Assembly: GCA_963677495.2 (NCBI GenBank)
Contig: CAXXOU010000004.1
Location: 928,001 to 992,000 of the forward strand
DNA from: Candidatus Cloacimonadales bacterium
GTDB lineage: Bacteria; Cloacimonadota; Cloacimonadia; Cloacimonadales; JAFGVF01
Direction of reading: 5' to 3'
Length of the DNA stretch: 64,000 bases
Position 1 is the first letter of the stretch. The number at the start of each line of letters is the position of its first letter. The position numbers were made by a program, and so were the translations under genes. Positions 38,526-48,740 of the stretch are shown one piece after another. The notes under the pieces are model-generated. The model saw only the letters and a list, made by a program, of their open reading frames with translations, made no database searches and was not told where the DNA came from.

Positions 38526-40175
38526 TTAGAACGCAACGTTCTCGATTTTAGAATCATTTTTATATACGATAAGTTTAGTATTTCCCTTAAGAGTAGCATT
38601 AATAAATTCATTATTACTAAAAGTAGCATATAATGCTTTCTTGAAGTATGGTTTTGCAGGGAGAAGTTCTTGTGGTAACTCAGACTCAGGGACACGAAGT
38701 ATCTGATAAATACTATCTTTAAGTTCTTTTGCTGAGATTTGGACTAATGCTTTCGGTAAGTGTGGCTTATGAACATATAGACACCAGTCGTAACGTAAAG
38801 AATCCTTGCAATAATCAACAAACCCGGGATAATCCATAGAAAGATACTCAATTAATAAAGAATAGGCTAAATAGTAATCTTTTTTGGGTTCAAAACCTTT
38901 AGAGATGCAATGGCTCATCAGACCTTGGAAGAATCTGAAAGGGTTTTCGAGTCTAGGGGATAGGTAAGACATTGTATTTGGTAGTCGTTCACTATTATAA
39001 TAGAGATCAAAGAAATGAGTGAATTTATCCATATAAGTCAAATCCTTAAAGCTCATCCATTCATTCGAGAGAATCTGATAGGGAGGAGAACTCATAGACT
39101 TAATCTCATACTCTTCGGCATCTTCAGCCATTTCCGTACCTGGAAGAACTTTGAGAACTCCCAATTGCAAATATTGTGGAGCAGTACTGATTGCTTGATT
39201 AAAAGATTGCTCAAATGAATCCAAGTCTTCAAATGGCAATCCTGCAATTAAATCTAGATGAACATGGATGTTATCAAGTGTATTTAGTTGTCTTAGTATA
39301 GATTCAACCTTATCAAATCTACTTCTTCTTGAGACAGCATCTAATGTCCGAGGATTAGTTGTTTGCAATCCTATTTCAAACTGCAACAAACCTTTAGGCA
39401 TAGTCTTGAGTAAAGCAATATCTTCTTCAGTCACAATATCCGGTTTTATTTCGAAATGGAAAGTTGTATTAGGATTAAGTTCTGCTAAGTATGCCCATAC
39501 TTCTCTTGCGAATTCACGGTTTGCATTAAAAGAGCGGTCTACAAGTTTCACTACTCTTGGTTGGAAGCTAAGCAATTGCTTTAGTTCCTGTTTTACTACT
39601 TCAATCTCTTTGTACTCAAATGGGATATCATCACGAGATGATAAGCAAAAGCTACATTTATAGGGACAACCGCGACTGGCTTCATAATAGATGTATTTGC
39701 CCTTGAGCAGTTCTTTGTCGCTTTCTAAGTAGGGGAAAGGTAGTTCTTTGATGCTTATATGTTGCCCCTGAATTATTTCATACTCCCCGCAGAACTCGTT
39801 GTATGCAAGGTATTGAAATGCTAACTCACCGGGACCTACTATTATCTTATCTACTAAGTTAAGAGTTTCCTCCATAAATGGATTATCAAATGAAACTTCC
39901 GGTCCACCCATGACAATAGTACAATCCGGTTTGATAGCCTTTATCATAGGGGTAAGTTTAGAAATATAATCTGAATTCCATATATAAGCCGATAAGCAAA
40001 TAACATCACAATCAGACTCATTGATTAATGCTAAAGTCTCAAGAATATCTGCATTAATAGATGTTTCTTTAAGCTCTACTTCCATATCATAATCATAAAT
40101 CATTGTACGAAGGTAATAAAGAGCAAGGTTGCTATGTGTATAACGAGCGTTTATGCCTAATAAGAGTACTTTCAT
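38526..40175 (-). CDS. B12-binding-domain radical SAM protein (DUF4080-type)
   Basis: INARYTHSNLA, GGPEVS, YYEASRGCPYKCSFCLS (CxxxCxxC), HLDLIAGLP; start taken at MKVLLLG. Confidence 0.9.
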   Translation of the reverse strand: MKVLLLGINARYTHSNLALYYLRTMIYDYDMEVELKETSINADILETLALINESDCDVICLSAYIWNSDYISKLTPMIKAIKPDCTIVMGGPEVSFDNPFMEETLNLVDKIIVGPGELAFQYLAYNEFCGEYEIIQGQHISIKELPFPYLESDKELLKGKYIYYEASRGCPYKCSFCLSSRDDIPFEYKEIEVVKQELKQLLSFQPRVVKLVDRSFNANREFAREVWAYLAELNPNTTFHFEIKPDIVTEEDIALLKTMPKGLLQFEIGLQTTNPRTLDAVSRRSRFDKVESILRQLNTLDNIHVHLDLIAGLPFEDLDSFEQSFNQAISTAPQYLQLGVLKVLPGTEMAEDAEEYEIKSMSSPPYQILSNEWMSFKDLTYMDKFTHFFDLYYNSERLPNTMSYLSPRLENPFRFFQGLMSHCISKGFEPKKDYYLAYSLLIEYLSMDYPGFVDYCKDSLRYDWCLYVHKPHLPKALVQISAKELKDSIYQILRVPESELPQELLPAKPYFKKALYATFSNNEFINATLKGNTKLIVYKNDSKIENVAF

Positions 40176-40195
40176 TTTATCCTTTTGAGAGTATA

Positions 40196-40225
40196 AAAGA
40201 GGAGACATACAGCGTGTATGTCTCC
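40196..40225 (-). terminator. Hairpin after pepD
   Basis: GGAGACATAC-AGCGT-GTATGTCTCC. Confidence 0.65.
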
Positions 40226-40240
40226 ATAAATAATGGTTGG

Positions 40241-41701
40241 TTATAGTTCCTGCATGAGGTTTACGATTAAATCGTAAATCTTAGGAACATCACTTATCTT
40301 GAGTCTTTCATCAGGAGTATGTACATCGACAAGGTTAGGTCCAATCGATAACATATCAAGATTAGGGTATTTACTACCTATTACACCACATTCAAGACCC
40401 GCATGAATAACTTCAATTTTAGCATCTTTATTGTATAGCTTATGATAAGTAGCTTTTGCTTTTTCAAGAAGTGGAGATTCCCAAACGGGTTCCCAAGCAT
40501 CGTAAGGAGCTCTTTGTTCCATACGTGCTTTAGCAAGAAAAGCTAATCCTTGAATCTTCTCAGTTATATCATCAAGTGATGACATAATTGAACTTCTCTG
40601 ACTTGAAACTATTTCAACCTGGTCATCATGAGTTCTAAGAATAGCTAAGTTGTTAGATGTCTCAACTAAACCATCTACTTCAGGGCTCATTCTGTAAACA
40701 CCATGAGGGAAGGCAGCAAGAAGGTAAACCATTGGTGCCATTGTAGCTGTTGTGAAGCCCATTCTGTTGTCGTATTCAATCCTTTCTGATTTAAGGAATA
40801 GATCAGGGTCTGTTTTGCTGAACTCTCTTTGTAAGATTGTTTTGTGGTATTCAACCAAACCTTCAATGAATGCAGCATTAGTTGGTAAGGCATAGAATAT
40901 AGCTTCTGCTGTAGATGGGATAGCATTATGTGCTGTTCCACCTTCAACTTTTACAAGTCTTACTGAAACATTCTTATCCAGGAATAGGATTGTTCTAATA
41001 AGAACTTTAATCGCATTAGCAGTCTGTTTGTTTATCGTAATACCTGAATGTCCACCAACAAGTCCACCGACTGTGAGCTTGAATGGCACCATTACTTCCG
41101 GAACTTCTTCAAAATCAGCATCAAGATATAGTCTGGATTCTCCACCACCTGCACAACCTATAGTGAATACACCTTCCTCTTCCGAGTCAATATTGATTAA
41201 GTATGATCCTTTCAGAACTCCGGCTTCCAGTTCTGTTGCACCTGTAAGTCCGGTTTCTTCATCAACAGTAAAGAGTAGCTCCATAGCAGGATGTGGTACA
41301 TCTTCATCAATTGCCATTTGCATTGCAATTGCAAGAGCAATGCCATTATCAGCACCAAGTGTAGTGTTGTCAGCTCTAAGCCAATCACCTTCGATTATGT
41401 GTTTGATTGAATCTTTCATAAAGTCATGCTTGGAGTCGGGAGTTTTAACACATACCATATCCATATGACCTTGGAAAATCACACCGGGTTTATCTTCCAT
41501 GCCAGGTGTAGCAGGTACCCTGATTATAACATTGTTTACTTTATCTCTAATTGTCTCAAAGCCATGCTCCATTCCCCAGTCTGATAACCAGTCACTGATA
41601 GCATCTTCATGTTTTGATTTACGTGGAATCTTGTTAATAGCTTCGAATATATCCAGTATTTTCTGAGTTCTGGATTCACCCAATAAAATTGTATCTGCCA
41701 T
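40241..41701 (-). CDS. pepD: Aminoacyl-histidine dipeptidase (M20C)
   Basis: QGHMDMV, TTLGADNGI, TVDEETGLTGA, NIDSEEEG, GGHSG, IHAGLECG, HTPDE. Confidence 0.95.
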   Translation of the reverse strand: MADTILLGESRTQKILDIFEAINKIPRKSKHEDAISDWLSDWGMEHGFETIRDKVNNVIIRVPATPGMEDKPGVIFQGHMDMVCVKTPDSKHDFMKDSIKHIIEGDWLRADNTTLGADNGIALAIAMQMAIDEDVPHPAMELLFTVDEETGLTGATELEAGVLKGSYLINIDSEEEGVFTIGCAGGGESRLYLDADFEEVPEVMVPFKLTVGGLVGGHSGITINKQTANAIKVLIRTILFLDKNVSVRLVKVEGGTAHNAIPSTAEAIFYALPTNAAFIEGLVEYHKTILQREFSKTDPDLFLKSERIEYDNRMGFTTATMAPMVYLLAAFPHGVYRMSPEVDGLVETSNNLAILRTHDDQVEIVSSQRSSIMSSLDDITEKIQGLAFLAKARMEQRAPYDAWEPVWESPLLEKAKATYHKLYNKDAKIEVIHAGLECGVIGSKYPNLDMLSIGPNLVDVHTPDERLKISDVPKIYDLIVNLMQEL

Positions 41702-41771
41702 AGCATCCTCACTAAGTTTATTTTTTGATAGTAGAAATGAGGGTGTGGCTTATGTCAAGAATTATGTGATA

Positions 41772-42380
41772 TTAAGGATGAAGTAGACCACTCATAAAAC
41801 CAATTTTTACTCCTAGTGATATATGTTTTAGTTGAGATTCAAAATTATCACTAAGCATATTACTTGAGAACGTGTAATATATCTCAAACGTATAATCATG
41901 TATATGGCTCATCATTGAAACACTCCCACCGTAGGCAGTCTTGAAATTACTAATGTTAGGAGTATAAACATCATCTACTCGAGGATGGTAGTCAACCGGT
42001 ATGAATAAAACAGGATTCATACTAACATAGAATCGCTCTTTTACGGTTTCTTTTATCAAAAGTAGTATTCCTGTACTTAGATTAAGAGTGTGTACAATAT
42101 CATCCTGCCTAATCAGGAGCTTTTCACCGTAACCGGTTTTCATAGAATCGAAGTAGTGAGTACTACTAACTTCTACCTGTGTATTGAAGAATAGCTTCTT
42201 GTTAACATTTTTTACAAAGCCCATGGAAAGATTATAGTCATAGCTAGTAGTTTCGTAGTTATGATCATTACTTTGAGTAGCACCTCCGCCACCAACTTTA
42301 AAGGTAAATGATTGCTTTACTGAGAATAATGGTATAGAGAGGACTGCAAATAGTACTAGCAAACACGTTTTCTTAATCAT
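41772..42380 (-). CDS. Small putative outer-membrane beta-barrel protein, paralog 3
   Basis: Signal peptide, alternating strands, shares FK.G.G and SLGVKIGF with neighbours. Confidence 0.65.
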   Translation of the reverse strand: MIKKTCLLVLFAVLSIPLFSVKQSFTFKVGGGGATQSNDHNYETTSYDYNLSMGFVKNVNKKLFFNTQVEVSSTHYFDSMKTGYGEKLLIRQDDIVHTLNLSTGILLLIKETVKERFYVSMNPVLFIPVDYHPRVDDVYTPNISNFKTAYGGSVSMMSHIHDYTFEIYYTFSSNMLSDNFESQLKHISLGVKIGFMSGLLHP

Positions 42381-42394
42381 TAAACAACCTTAGC

Positions 42395-43072
42395 CTATCC
42401 TTTTGAAGCTTCTTTGTACAAGAACTGATATCCAATTGAAATACCAATTGAACATGGGCACCATCTCGCGTTGAAGTTACTACTTAAAGCATCATGTGCA
42501 AAGACTGAGTATACTTCAAAAAGAGCGTTCTTTGCACTTGCCATAAACCCAACTTTTATTCCAACAGTAGATGTGAAGTCAGATAGCTCAGGAGCTAGTT
42601 CATCATTTTTACTTGGAGAGAAGTTAATCGGCACACTGAACAAAGGCTCAAGAAATAGATAATAATCATTCTTTTTAACCTTTTTTACAGGTACTATTAG
42701 ATTTACACCATACTCAATGTTTGTGAGTTTATCGTCTTGGGACATTAAGACTTTATATAATCCTGATTCGATGTCTTCGTCGTCTGCACGACATGAGTTG
42801 GAAAACCTGAATGACCTGAGAGTAATCTCCGGAGCAATTACTATTTGCGAACGTATATCAAATGCTTTAGCGATAGAGAATGAATAATCTCCGGTTGTTA
42901 GCGAGTTTTCATATTCATTAGTGGTAAAGAAAGTTGTTGTATAATATGAATCAGTGTCTTGCACATAAAGCCCTAAACCTGCTTTAAAGAGTATGCCATT
43001 TAGTGCTAATGAAGGTATGCAGATAGTTAAGAAACAGATTACAAGAATCAATTTACTAATCAGTTTGTTCAT
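42395..43072 (-). CDS. Small putative outer-membrane beta-barrel protein, paralog 2
   Basis: Signal peptide; SCRADDEDIESGLYK; GISIGYQF. Confidence 0.7.
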   Translation of the reverse strand: MNKLISKLILVICFLTICIPSLALNGILFKAGLGLYVQDTDSYYTTTFFTTNEYENSLTTGDYSFSIAKAFDIRSQIVIAPEITLRSFRFSNSCRADDEDIESGLYKVLMSQDDKLTNIEYGVNLIVPVKKVKKNDYYLFLEPLFSVPINFSPSKNDELAPELSDFTSTVGIKVGFMASAKNALFEVYSVFAHDALSSNFNARWCPCSIGISIGYQFLYKEASKG

Positions 43073-43103
43073 TTACTTATACCATTACTTATAGAATTAT
43101 GAA

Positions 43104-43766
43104 TCAATCTTGGAACTGGTATCCAATCATTACTCCGAAAGAGTTGGGAGAGTACTCAGCATTGAAATCATCTTTCAATATGTTCGAGGTGAGTGTTGTA
43201 TATAATTCAAAAACTGCATGTTTTGTGATAGCCATTACAGATACTCTTCCTCCTACTGCCGGTTGCAAATCAGATATTTCAGGTGATAGGTAATCATTCT
43301 TTTCAGCAACATACTTAACCGGGATGGACAATAAAGGTCCAAAGCTCATACAATAATGAGTATTGGCCATTGTTACAACTGGGAAAACAGTATTTCCGGC
43401 AAGCTCTATCAATGAGATATTATCGTGTTTTCTTACTAGGAGTTTATACTTACCGGATTCTAAATCTTCATCATCAGCTTTGCACGAAGTGTTGAAACGT
43501 ATAGATCTATAAGTCAGTTCCGGCGCAAACAGTGCTTTCTTATAGAAAGGGAAACTTGCTGACACTGCCACAGAATAATCAAAGTTGCCTAAAGTGTTTT
43601 CACTTTCAAAAGTACTGAATATAAAATGATCAGTGTAATAGGAATCTGTGTGTTGAAAGAATAATCCAACCCCACCTTTTAGGATTAGATTATCAAATGC
43701 AACTAAAGGAGTAATAACTACAAGAAAACCAACAATAACAAAGAATCTCATTTGTAAATATTTCAT
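43104..43766 (-). CDS. Small putative outer-membrane beta-barrel protein, paralog 1
   Basis: Signal peptide; SCKADDEDLESGKYK; GVMIGYQF. Confidence 0.7.
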   Translation of the reverse strand: MKYLQMRFFVIVGFLVVITPLVAFDNLILKGGVGLFFQHTDSYYTDHFIFSTFESENTLGNFDYSVAVSASFPFYKKALFAPELTYRSIRFNTSCKADDEDLESGKYKLLVRKHDNISLIELAGNTVFPVVTMANTHYCMSFGPLLSIPVKYVAEKNDYLSPEISDLQPAVGGRVSVMAITKHAVFELYTTLTSNILKDDFNAEYSPNSFGVMIGYQFQD

Positions 43767-43997
43767 GATGCAACGGTAATAGATATATTTTTACTCGTCA
43801 ATATTTTTTTATTTGAAATCACCTTCATAATTTAAATATCGCAAGTAGTTTTAATATCAAACTGTCAATATAAAAATGGTTGTCCTCGATGCGATAATCA
43901 GAGCGTGATTAGTAGCTATTCAGTATCAAGGACAACCAGAGAGAGGGTTAGTATATTCAATATGACATACCTTTCAGGAAATCCCTTCACATTAAAT

Positions 43998-44030
43998 AAA
44001 AAAAAGGGAAGGTTGTTTCCAACCTTCCCT
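43998..44030 (-). terminator. Intrinsic terminator of nifJ
   Basis: A-tract-GGGAAGGTTG-TTTC-CAACCTTCCC. Confidence 0.88.
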
Positions 44031-44047
44031 GAATTTATCTAACTGAA

Positions 44048-47000
44048 TTAGTCAGCTAATTTCTTGTATTGTACATATCTGTCTTCAAGGAACTTCTTAA
44101 GTTCAGCATGATACTGTTCATACTTCTCCGGGAAGTTTCTCTTAAGAGATGTGTATCTCTTTTCGCTATCGATGAACTCAAGTGGATCAGCCTTAGGTTC
44201 TCTTGAATCAAGAACGAATGGGTTTTTGCCTTCTTCTTTGAGTCTTGGGTCGTATCTGTAGTTAATCCAATAACCACACTCAACAACAGCTTTTTCAGCT
44301 TTCTGACTGTTACCCATATCGATACCGTGGTTGATACATGGAGCATAAGCAAGGATGATTGAAGGTCCCGGATAAGCTTCAGCTTCCTGGATAGCTTTAA
44401 GAGCTTGAGCCTTATTGGCACCCATTGAGATTGAAGCAACGTATACATAACCATAGCTCATCATCATCATACCAAGGTCTTTCTTAACTGTTGGTTTTCC
44501 TGACTCAGCAAACTTAGCAACTGAACCAAGAGGAGTAGCTTTAGAAGCCTGTCCACCAGTGTTAGAATAAACCTCTGTATCCATAACAAGGATGTTAACA
44601 TTCTTGTTAGATGCCATAACGTGATCAAGTCCACCGTAACCGATGTCATAAGCCCAACCGTCACCACCGAAGCACCAAACACTCTTGTCTACAAGGTAGC
44701 TTTGAAGTTCGATACATTTGCGTACGATAGGTTCAGTAGTAGCATCTGCTTTTTCAAGAAGCTTAGGAAGAAGTCTTTGGATCTCAGCAGCATCTGCTTT
44801 AGCCTGCTCATCAACAGCATCCCAATTATCAAGTCTTCTATTGAATACTTCAATGCAACTGTCGCATGTAAGAAGTGCAGTAGCTTTTTCAAGACTAGCT
44901 CTAAGAAGTTTTCTATTAGAATCAACAGCTAAGCGGAAACCGAATCCGTATTCTGCATTATCTTCAAACAGTGAGTTAGCCCATGTAGGACCATGACCAT
45001 TTTTATTCTTACAGTAAGGGATTGTTGGGAAAGTACCACCCCAGATTGATGAACAACCTGTAGCGTTAGCAACAATCATTCTGTCACCGAAGAGCTGAGT
45101 AAGAAGTTTAACATAAGGAGTTTCACCACAACCTGCACATGCGCCTGAGAACTCAAGCAATGGCTGTTTGAACTGTGAAGTCTTAATGTTGATGTTCTTC
45201 ATTTTACCAAGTACATCAGTTGGTAAAGTCTCGAAGAATTCGTAGTTAGCCTGTTCACCGGCAACTCTTTCTTCTTCGATAGGTTTCATTTCTAGAGCAG
45301 CTTTCGGACATTCGTTTACACAAACACGGCAACCCTGACAGTCATCAATATAAACTTGAAGTTTATACTGAAGATCAGTTTCACCCATAGCATTAAGAGT
45401 GTTGAATGTTTCAGGAGCGCCGTTCATATCATCATTAGCAATAAGTTTAGGTCTGATTGCAGCGTGAGGGCAAACTACTGAACACTGGTTACATTGGATA
45501 CATTTTTCAGCAATCCAATGTGGTACGAATGGTGCAACACCACGTTTCTCAAGTTTAGTTGTAGCAGAAGGTACGAAACCATCATAAGGCATTTCTGAAA
45601 CCTTGATGTCATCACCTTTTTCTCTCATAATAGGTTCGATAACTGTTTTTGTGAACTCATCAGCATCGTCAGCAACAAGTTTCTTCATTGCAACGAACTC
45701 AGAACCCATATCAGCAGGAATCTTAATTTCTACAAGAGCAGCTTCAGTTTTATCAACAGCTTCGATGTTCATCTTAACAATCTCGTCACCTTTCTTTGAG
45801 TATGACTTGATAATAGCGTTTTTGATGAGCTCGATAGCTTTATCTTTAGCAAGAACACCGGAGATAATGAAGAAAGCAGCCTGCATTACAGTATTAATTC
45901 TTCCACCAAGTCCAACACCTTCAGCGATTTCAAGAGCATTGATGTTGTAGAATTTAACTTTCTTTTCAACGATTGTTTTCTGCATATCTTCTGTAAGGTT
46001 AGCAAAGATCTCTTCCTGAGTCCAATGTGAGTTAAGAAGGAATACACCACCCTCTTTAATCCCTTCAAGAAGGTCATAACGACCGATGAAAGCAGGATTA
46101 TGTACAGCGATGAAGTCAGCGTTCTGGATAAGATACTGAGAACGGATAGGAGTGTCACCGAATCTTAAGTGACTACGTGTGATACCACCAGATTTCTTTG
46201 AATCGTACTGGAAGTAACCCTGAGCATATTTGTCAGTGTTGTCACCAATGATTTTGATACTGTTTTTATTAGCACCAACAGTACCGTCTGATCCAAGACC
46301 CCAGAACTTACAACTGATAGTTCCTTGAGGAATAGTGTTGATTTTTTCTGTAACAGGAAGTGAAAGGTTAGACACGTCATCTTCGATACCAACAGTGAAA
46401 CCATGGAAACCATCGTTATCAAGGTGGTTATAAACAGCTTTAACCATTGAAGGTGTAAACTCTTTTGATGAGAGACCATAACGTCCACCGATAATTGTGT
46501 AATCTTTACCTTTAAGAGCTGCAACTACGTCAATATATAAAGGCTCGCCAATTGAACCCGGTTCTTTAGTTCTATCAAGAACAGCTATTTTCTTCACTGA
46601 TTCTGGAATAGCATTAACGAAAGCATCGATTGAGAATGGTCTGTATAAACGAACTTTTAAGAGTCCGTATTTTGAACCGTTTGCATTAAGGTATTCAATT
46701 GTTTCATCAATAGTTTCACAACCGGAACCCATAGCAATGATAATTGATTCAGCATCTGGAGCACCCACATAATCAAAGAGATGGTAGTTACGACCAATCT
46801 TTGTTGCAAGTTCATCCATGTAAGCTTGAACCTGAGCAGGAGCAGCTACATAAGTATTGTTAGTTGTCTCACGACCCTGGAAATAAACATCAGGATTCTG
46901 AGCACCAACTTTTACACGTGGGTTTTCAGGATTAAGTGCACGAGCTCTGAAGTTTTCTACATGCTTCATATCAAGCATAGAACCAAGTGTATCATAATCG

Positions 47001-47560
47001 ATAACTTCAGCTTTCTGAATTTCGTTAGAAGTTCTGAAACCATCAAAGAACACGAGGAATGGAATTTCTGTTTTAAGTGTTGCAAGGTTTGCAACAACAG
47101 AAAGGTCCATAACTTCCTGAACTGAGTTACATGCGATCATCGCATAACCTGTGTTTCTTGCTGACATCACGTCTGAGTGGTCACCAAAGATTGAAAGAGA
47201 TTGTGCAGCTAAAGAACGAGCTGAAACGTAGAATACAGTTGGAAGCATTTCACCTGCAATCTTATGCATGTTTGGAAGCATAAGCATAAGCCCTTGTGAA
47301 GCAGTAAATGTACTTGTTAATGCACCGGCTGATAATGAACCGTGTACAGCACCTGCAGCACCGGCTTCTGATTGCATCTCTACAACATCAACCTGTGTTC
47401 CGAAGATATTCTTTAAACCATTAGCAGACCAAGCATCAGCGAGTTCTCCCATGGTTGAAGATGGAGTAATGGGGTAAATAGCAGCAACATCACTAAACGC
47501 ATACGCGATGTGAGCAGCGGCCATGTTTCCTTCCATTGTCTGTTTCTTGAATTGTGCCAT
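44048..47560 (-). CDS. nifJ: Pyruvate:ferredoxin (flavodoxin) oxidoreductase
   Basis: AIYPITPSS, MQSEAGAAG, GLGSDGTVGANK, two 4Fe-4S motifs, FSGACAGCGETPY, GGDGWAYDIG; start set by AGGAG spacing. Confidence 0.97.
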   Translation of the reverse strand: MAQFKKQTMEGNMAAAHIAYAFSDVAAIYPITPSSTMGELADAWSANGLKNIFGTQVDVVEMQSEAGAAGAVHGSLSAGALTSTFTASQGLMLMLPNMHKIAGEMLPTVFYVSARSLAAQSLSIFGDHSDVMSARNTGYAMIACNSVQEVMDLSVVANLATLKTEIPFLVFFDGFRTSNEIQKAEVIDYDTLGSMLDMKHVENFRARALNPENPRVKVGAQNPDVYFQGRETTNNTYVAAPAQVQAYMDELATKIGRNYHLFDYVGAPDAESIIIAMGSGCETIDETIEYLNANGSKYGLLKVRLYRPFSIDAFVNAIPESVKKIAVLDRTKEPGSIGEPLYIDVVAALKGKDYTIIGGRYGLSSKEFTPSMVKAVYNHLDNDGFHGFTVGIEDDVSNLSLPVTEKINTIPQGTISCKFWGLGSDGTVGANKNSIKIIGDNTDKYAQGYFQYDSKKSGGITRSHLRFGDTPIRSQYLIQNADFIAVHNPAFIGRYDLLEGIKEGGVFLLNSHWTQEEIFANLTEDMQKTIVEKKVKFYNINALEIAEGVGLGGRINTVMQAAFFIISGVLAKDKAIELIKNAIIKSYSKKGDEIVKMNIEAVDKTEAALVEIKIPADMGSEFVAMKKLVADDADEFTKTVIEPIMREKGDDIKVSEMPYDGFVPSATTKLEKRGVAPFVPHWIAEKCIQCNQCSVVCPHAAIRPKLIANDDMNGAPETFNTLNAMGETDLQYKLQVYIDDCQGCRVCVNECPKAALEMKPIEEERVAGEQANYEFFETLPTDVLGKMKNINIKTSQFKQPLLEFSGACAGCGETPYVKLLTQLFGDRMIVANATGCSSIWGGTFPTIPYCKNKNGHGPTWANSLFEDNAEYGFGFRLAVDSNRKLLRASLEKATALLTCDSCIEVFNRRLDNWDAVDEQAKADAAEIQRLLPKLLEKADATTEPIVRKCIELQSYLVDKSVWCFGGDGWAYDIGYGGLDHVMASNKNVNILVMDTEVYSNTGGQASKATPLGSVAKFAESGKPTVKKDLGMMMMSYGYVYVASISMGANKAQALKAIQEAEAYPGPSIILAYAPCINHGIDMGNSQKAEKAVVECGYWINYRYDPRLKEEGKNPFVLDSREPKADPLEFIDSEKRYTSLKRNFPEKYEQYHAELKKFLEDRYVQYKKLAD

Positions 47561-47916
47561 TCTCATCTCCTTTTCGAGTTTTATTTGTTGTTTATATATA
47601 TCAAAAAATCTTCCATACTTTCGTTTATGACAGCGAAATTATAAACCGTAAAGTGTCAATTATTTTCCGTGTTTTCTGTGATGATTTTCACAATAATCTT
47701 AACAATTATCTTTAACACTTAAGCAACAATCCTATAAAATACTATATGTCATCTTGTTATCAGGTTTTGAAAAGTCATTAAATGGCTATCAATCAACTAT
47801 GAATTTGTTTTTCACTATAGCTTCTGCTTAAATCTTATTCTAACTTCAATCATAAAGATACCATCATATGCTTGTTCATTGTTCTCCCAATCTAAACTAT
47901 CTAACAAAACCGTGTT

Positions 47917-48385
47917 ATCCCACTGTTTTCCCACTGTGCACGCACTGTGCACCCAGTGAAACAGTGGGTTGGCAGTGCCTTCACAGTGGGGACACAGTGC
48001 AAACACAGTGCGTTGATAGAATGTGCAGTAAAAGAGAGCTAAAAGGACAATAAACGCGGCTAAGTTATTGTAAATGGCACTGTGTATATCTCTTTCGGAC
48101 TTGCTCCGCAGCGAAGCGTGGGGCGAGAACGAAAACTTAGGAAAAGAGACTTCGAAGTACATTTCAGGAAGTCCGTTGCTTTATCAGGCCGACAAACTCC
48201 CTGAAATGCCGTAAGTTGTTGCAAATCGCGCTGTGTATGTATTCGGATATTGTTGCAATAGTGACCAAAGGGAGATAGGTGAATAGTGAAAAGTAGCAAT
48301 AATCCAATTCGTGACAAGACGCACCAACGCAGATGGTGCACTCCATAGTTGTAAGTTATTGCAAATCGCACTGCAAATGTCATCC
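47917..48385. repeat. Composite repeat, copy 2: CACTG/CAGTG 11-bp dyad array plus three ~30-bp repeats and two spacers
   Basis: CACTG at 47921/47932/47943; CAGTG at 47962/47973/47984/47995/48006; repeats at 48061, 48212, 48352. Confidence 0.9.
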
Positions 48386-48582
48386 TGAGTGGAATGAACG
48401 TAATGAAAAGAAGTGAATGAAGTCGATGGGTCGCTCGGATGGCTTTAGTGGATTTATGATAGAGTATTGACTTATCTTTTTATGTTTTCCTATCGGAAAA
48501 TTGCTCTTCTTTAGTTGGGAGACTAAAGTTATCGGAGAGGTACTTCGACTGCGTTCGCAAAACTCACTTCGCTCAGTATGAC
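48378..48582. repeat. TGTCAT-ended REP/MITE-like element
   Basis: TGTCATCCTGAGTGGAATGAA ... CACTTCGCTCAGTATGAC inverted ends; another half at 48623; an eroded relative at ~21710-21843. Confidence 0.6.
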
Positions 48583-48740
48583 GTGTTGGTACTCGGATTT
48601 GCATCAGCAAATCCCTTAACATTGTCACCCTGAGGGGAATGAAGGCAGTTAAACGAATAGAAGTTGTTTATATATTGTTTGACAATATAATGCCCTAAAT
48701 TGTCTTGGAATATAAAATAAGATTTAGAATGAGGAAATTG

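Noticed and set aside
44056..47477. Many alternative-frame and antisense ORFs within nifJ (likewise in degP, lysS, pepD, uvrA)
   Set aside because: Shadow ORFs expected from codon bias in well-conserved genes.
48061..48385. Canonical CRISPR array
   Set aside because: Only 2-3 degenerate repeats, spacers ~110-120 bp and themselves repetitive, and no cas genes; kept as a non-CRISPR array finding.
47815..48628. Short ORFs of 60-115 aa in the nifJ-apbE gap
   Set aside because: They overlap non-coding repeat modules in several frames and lack RBS and recognisable motifs.
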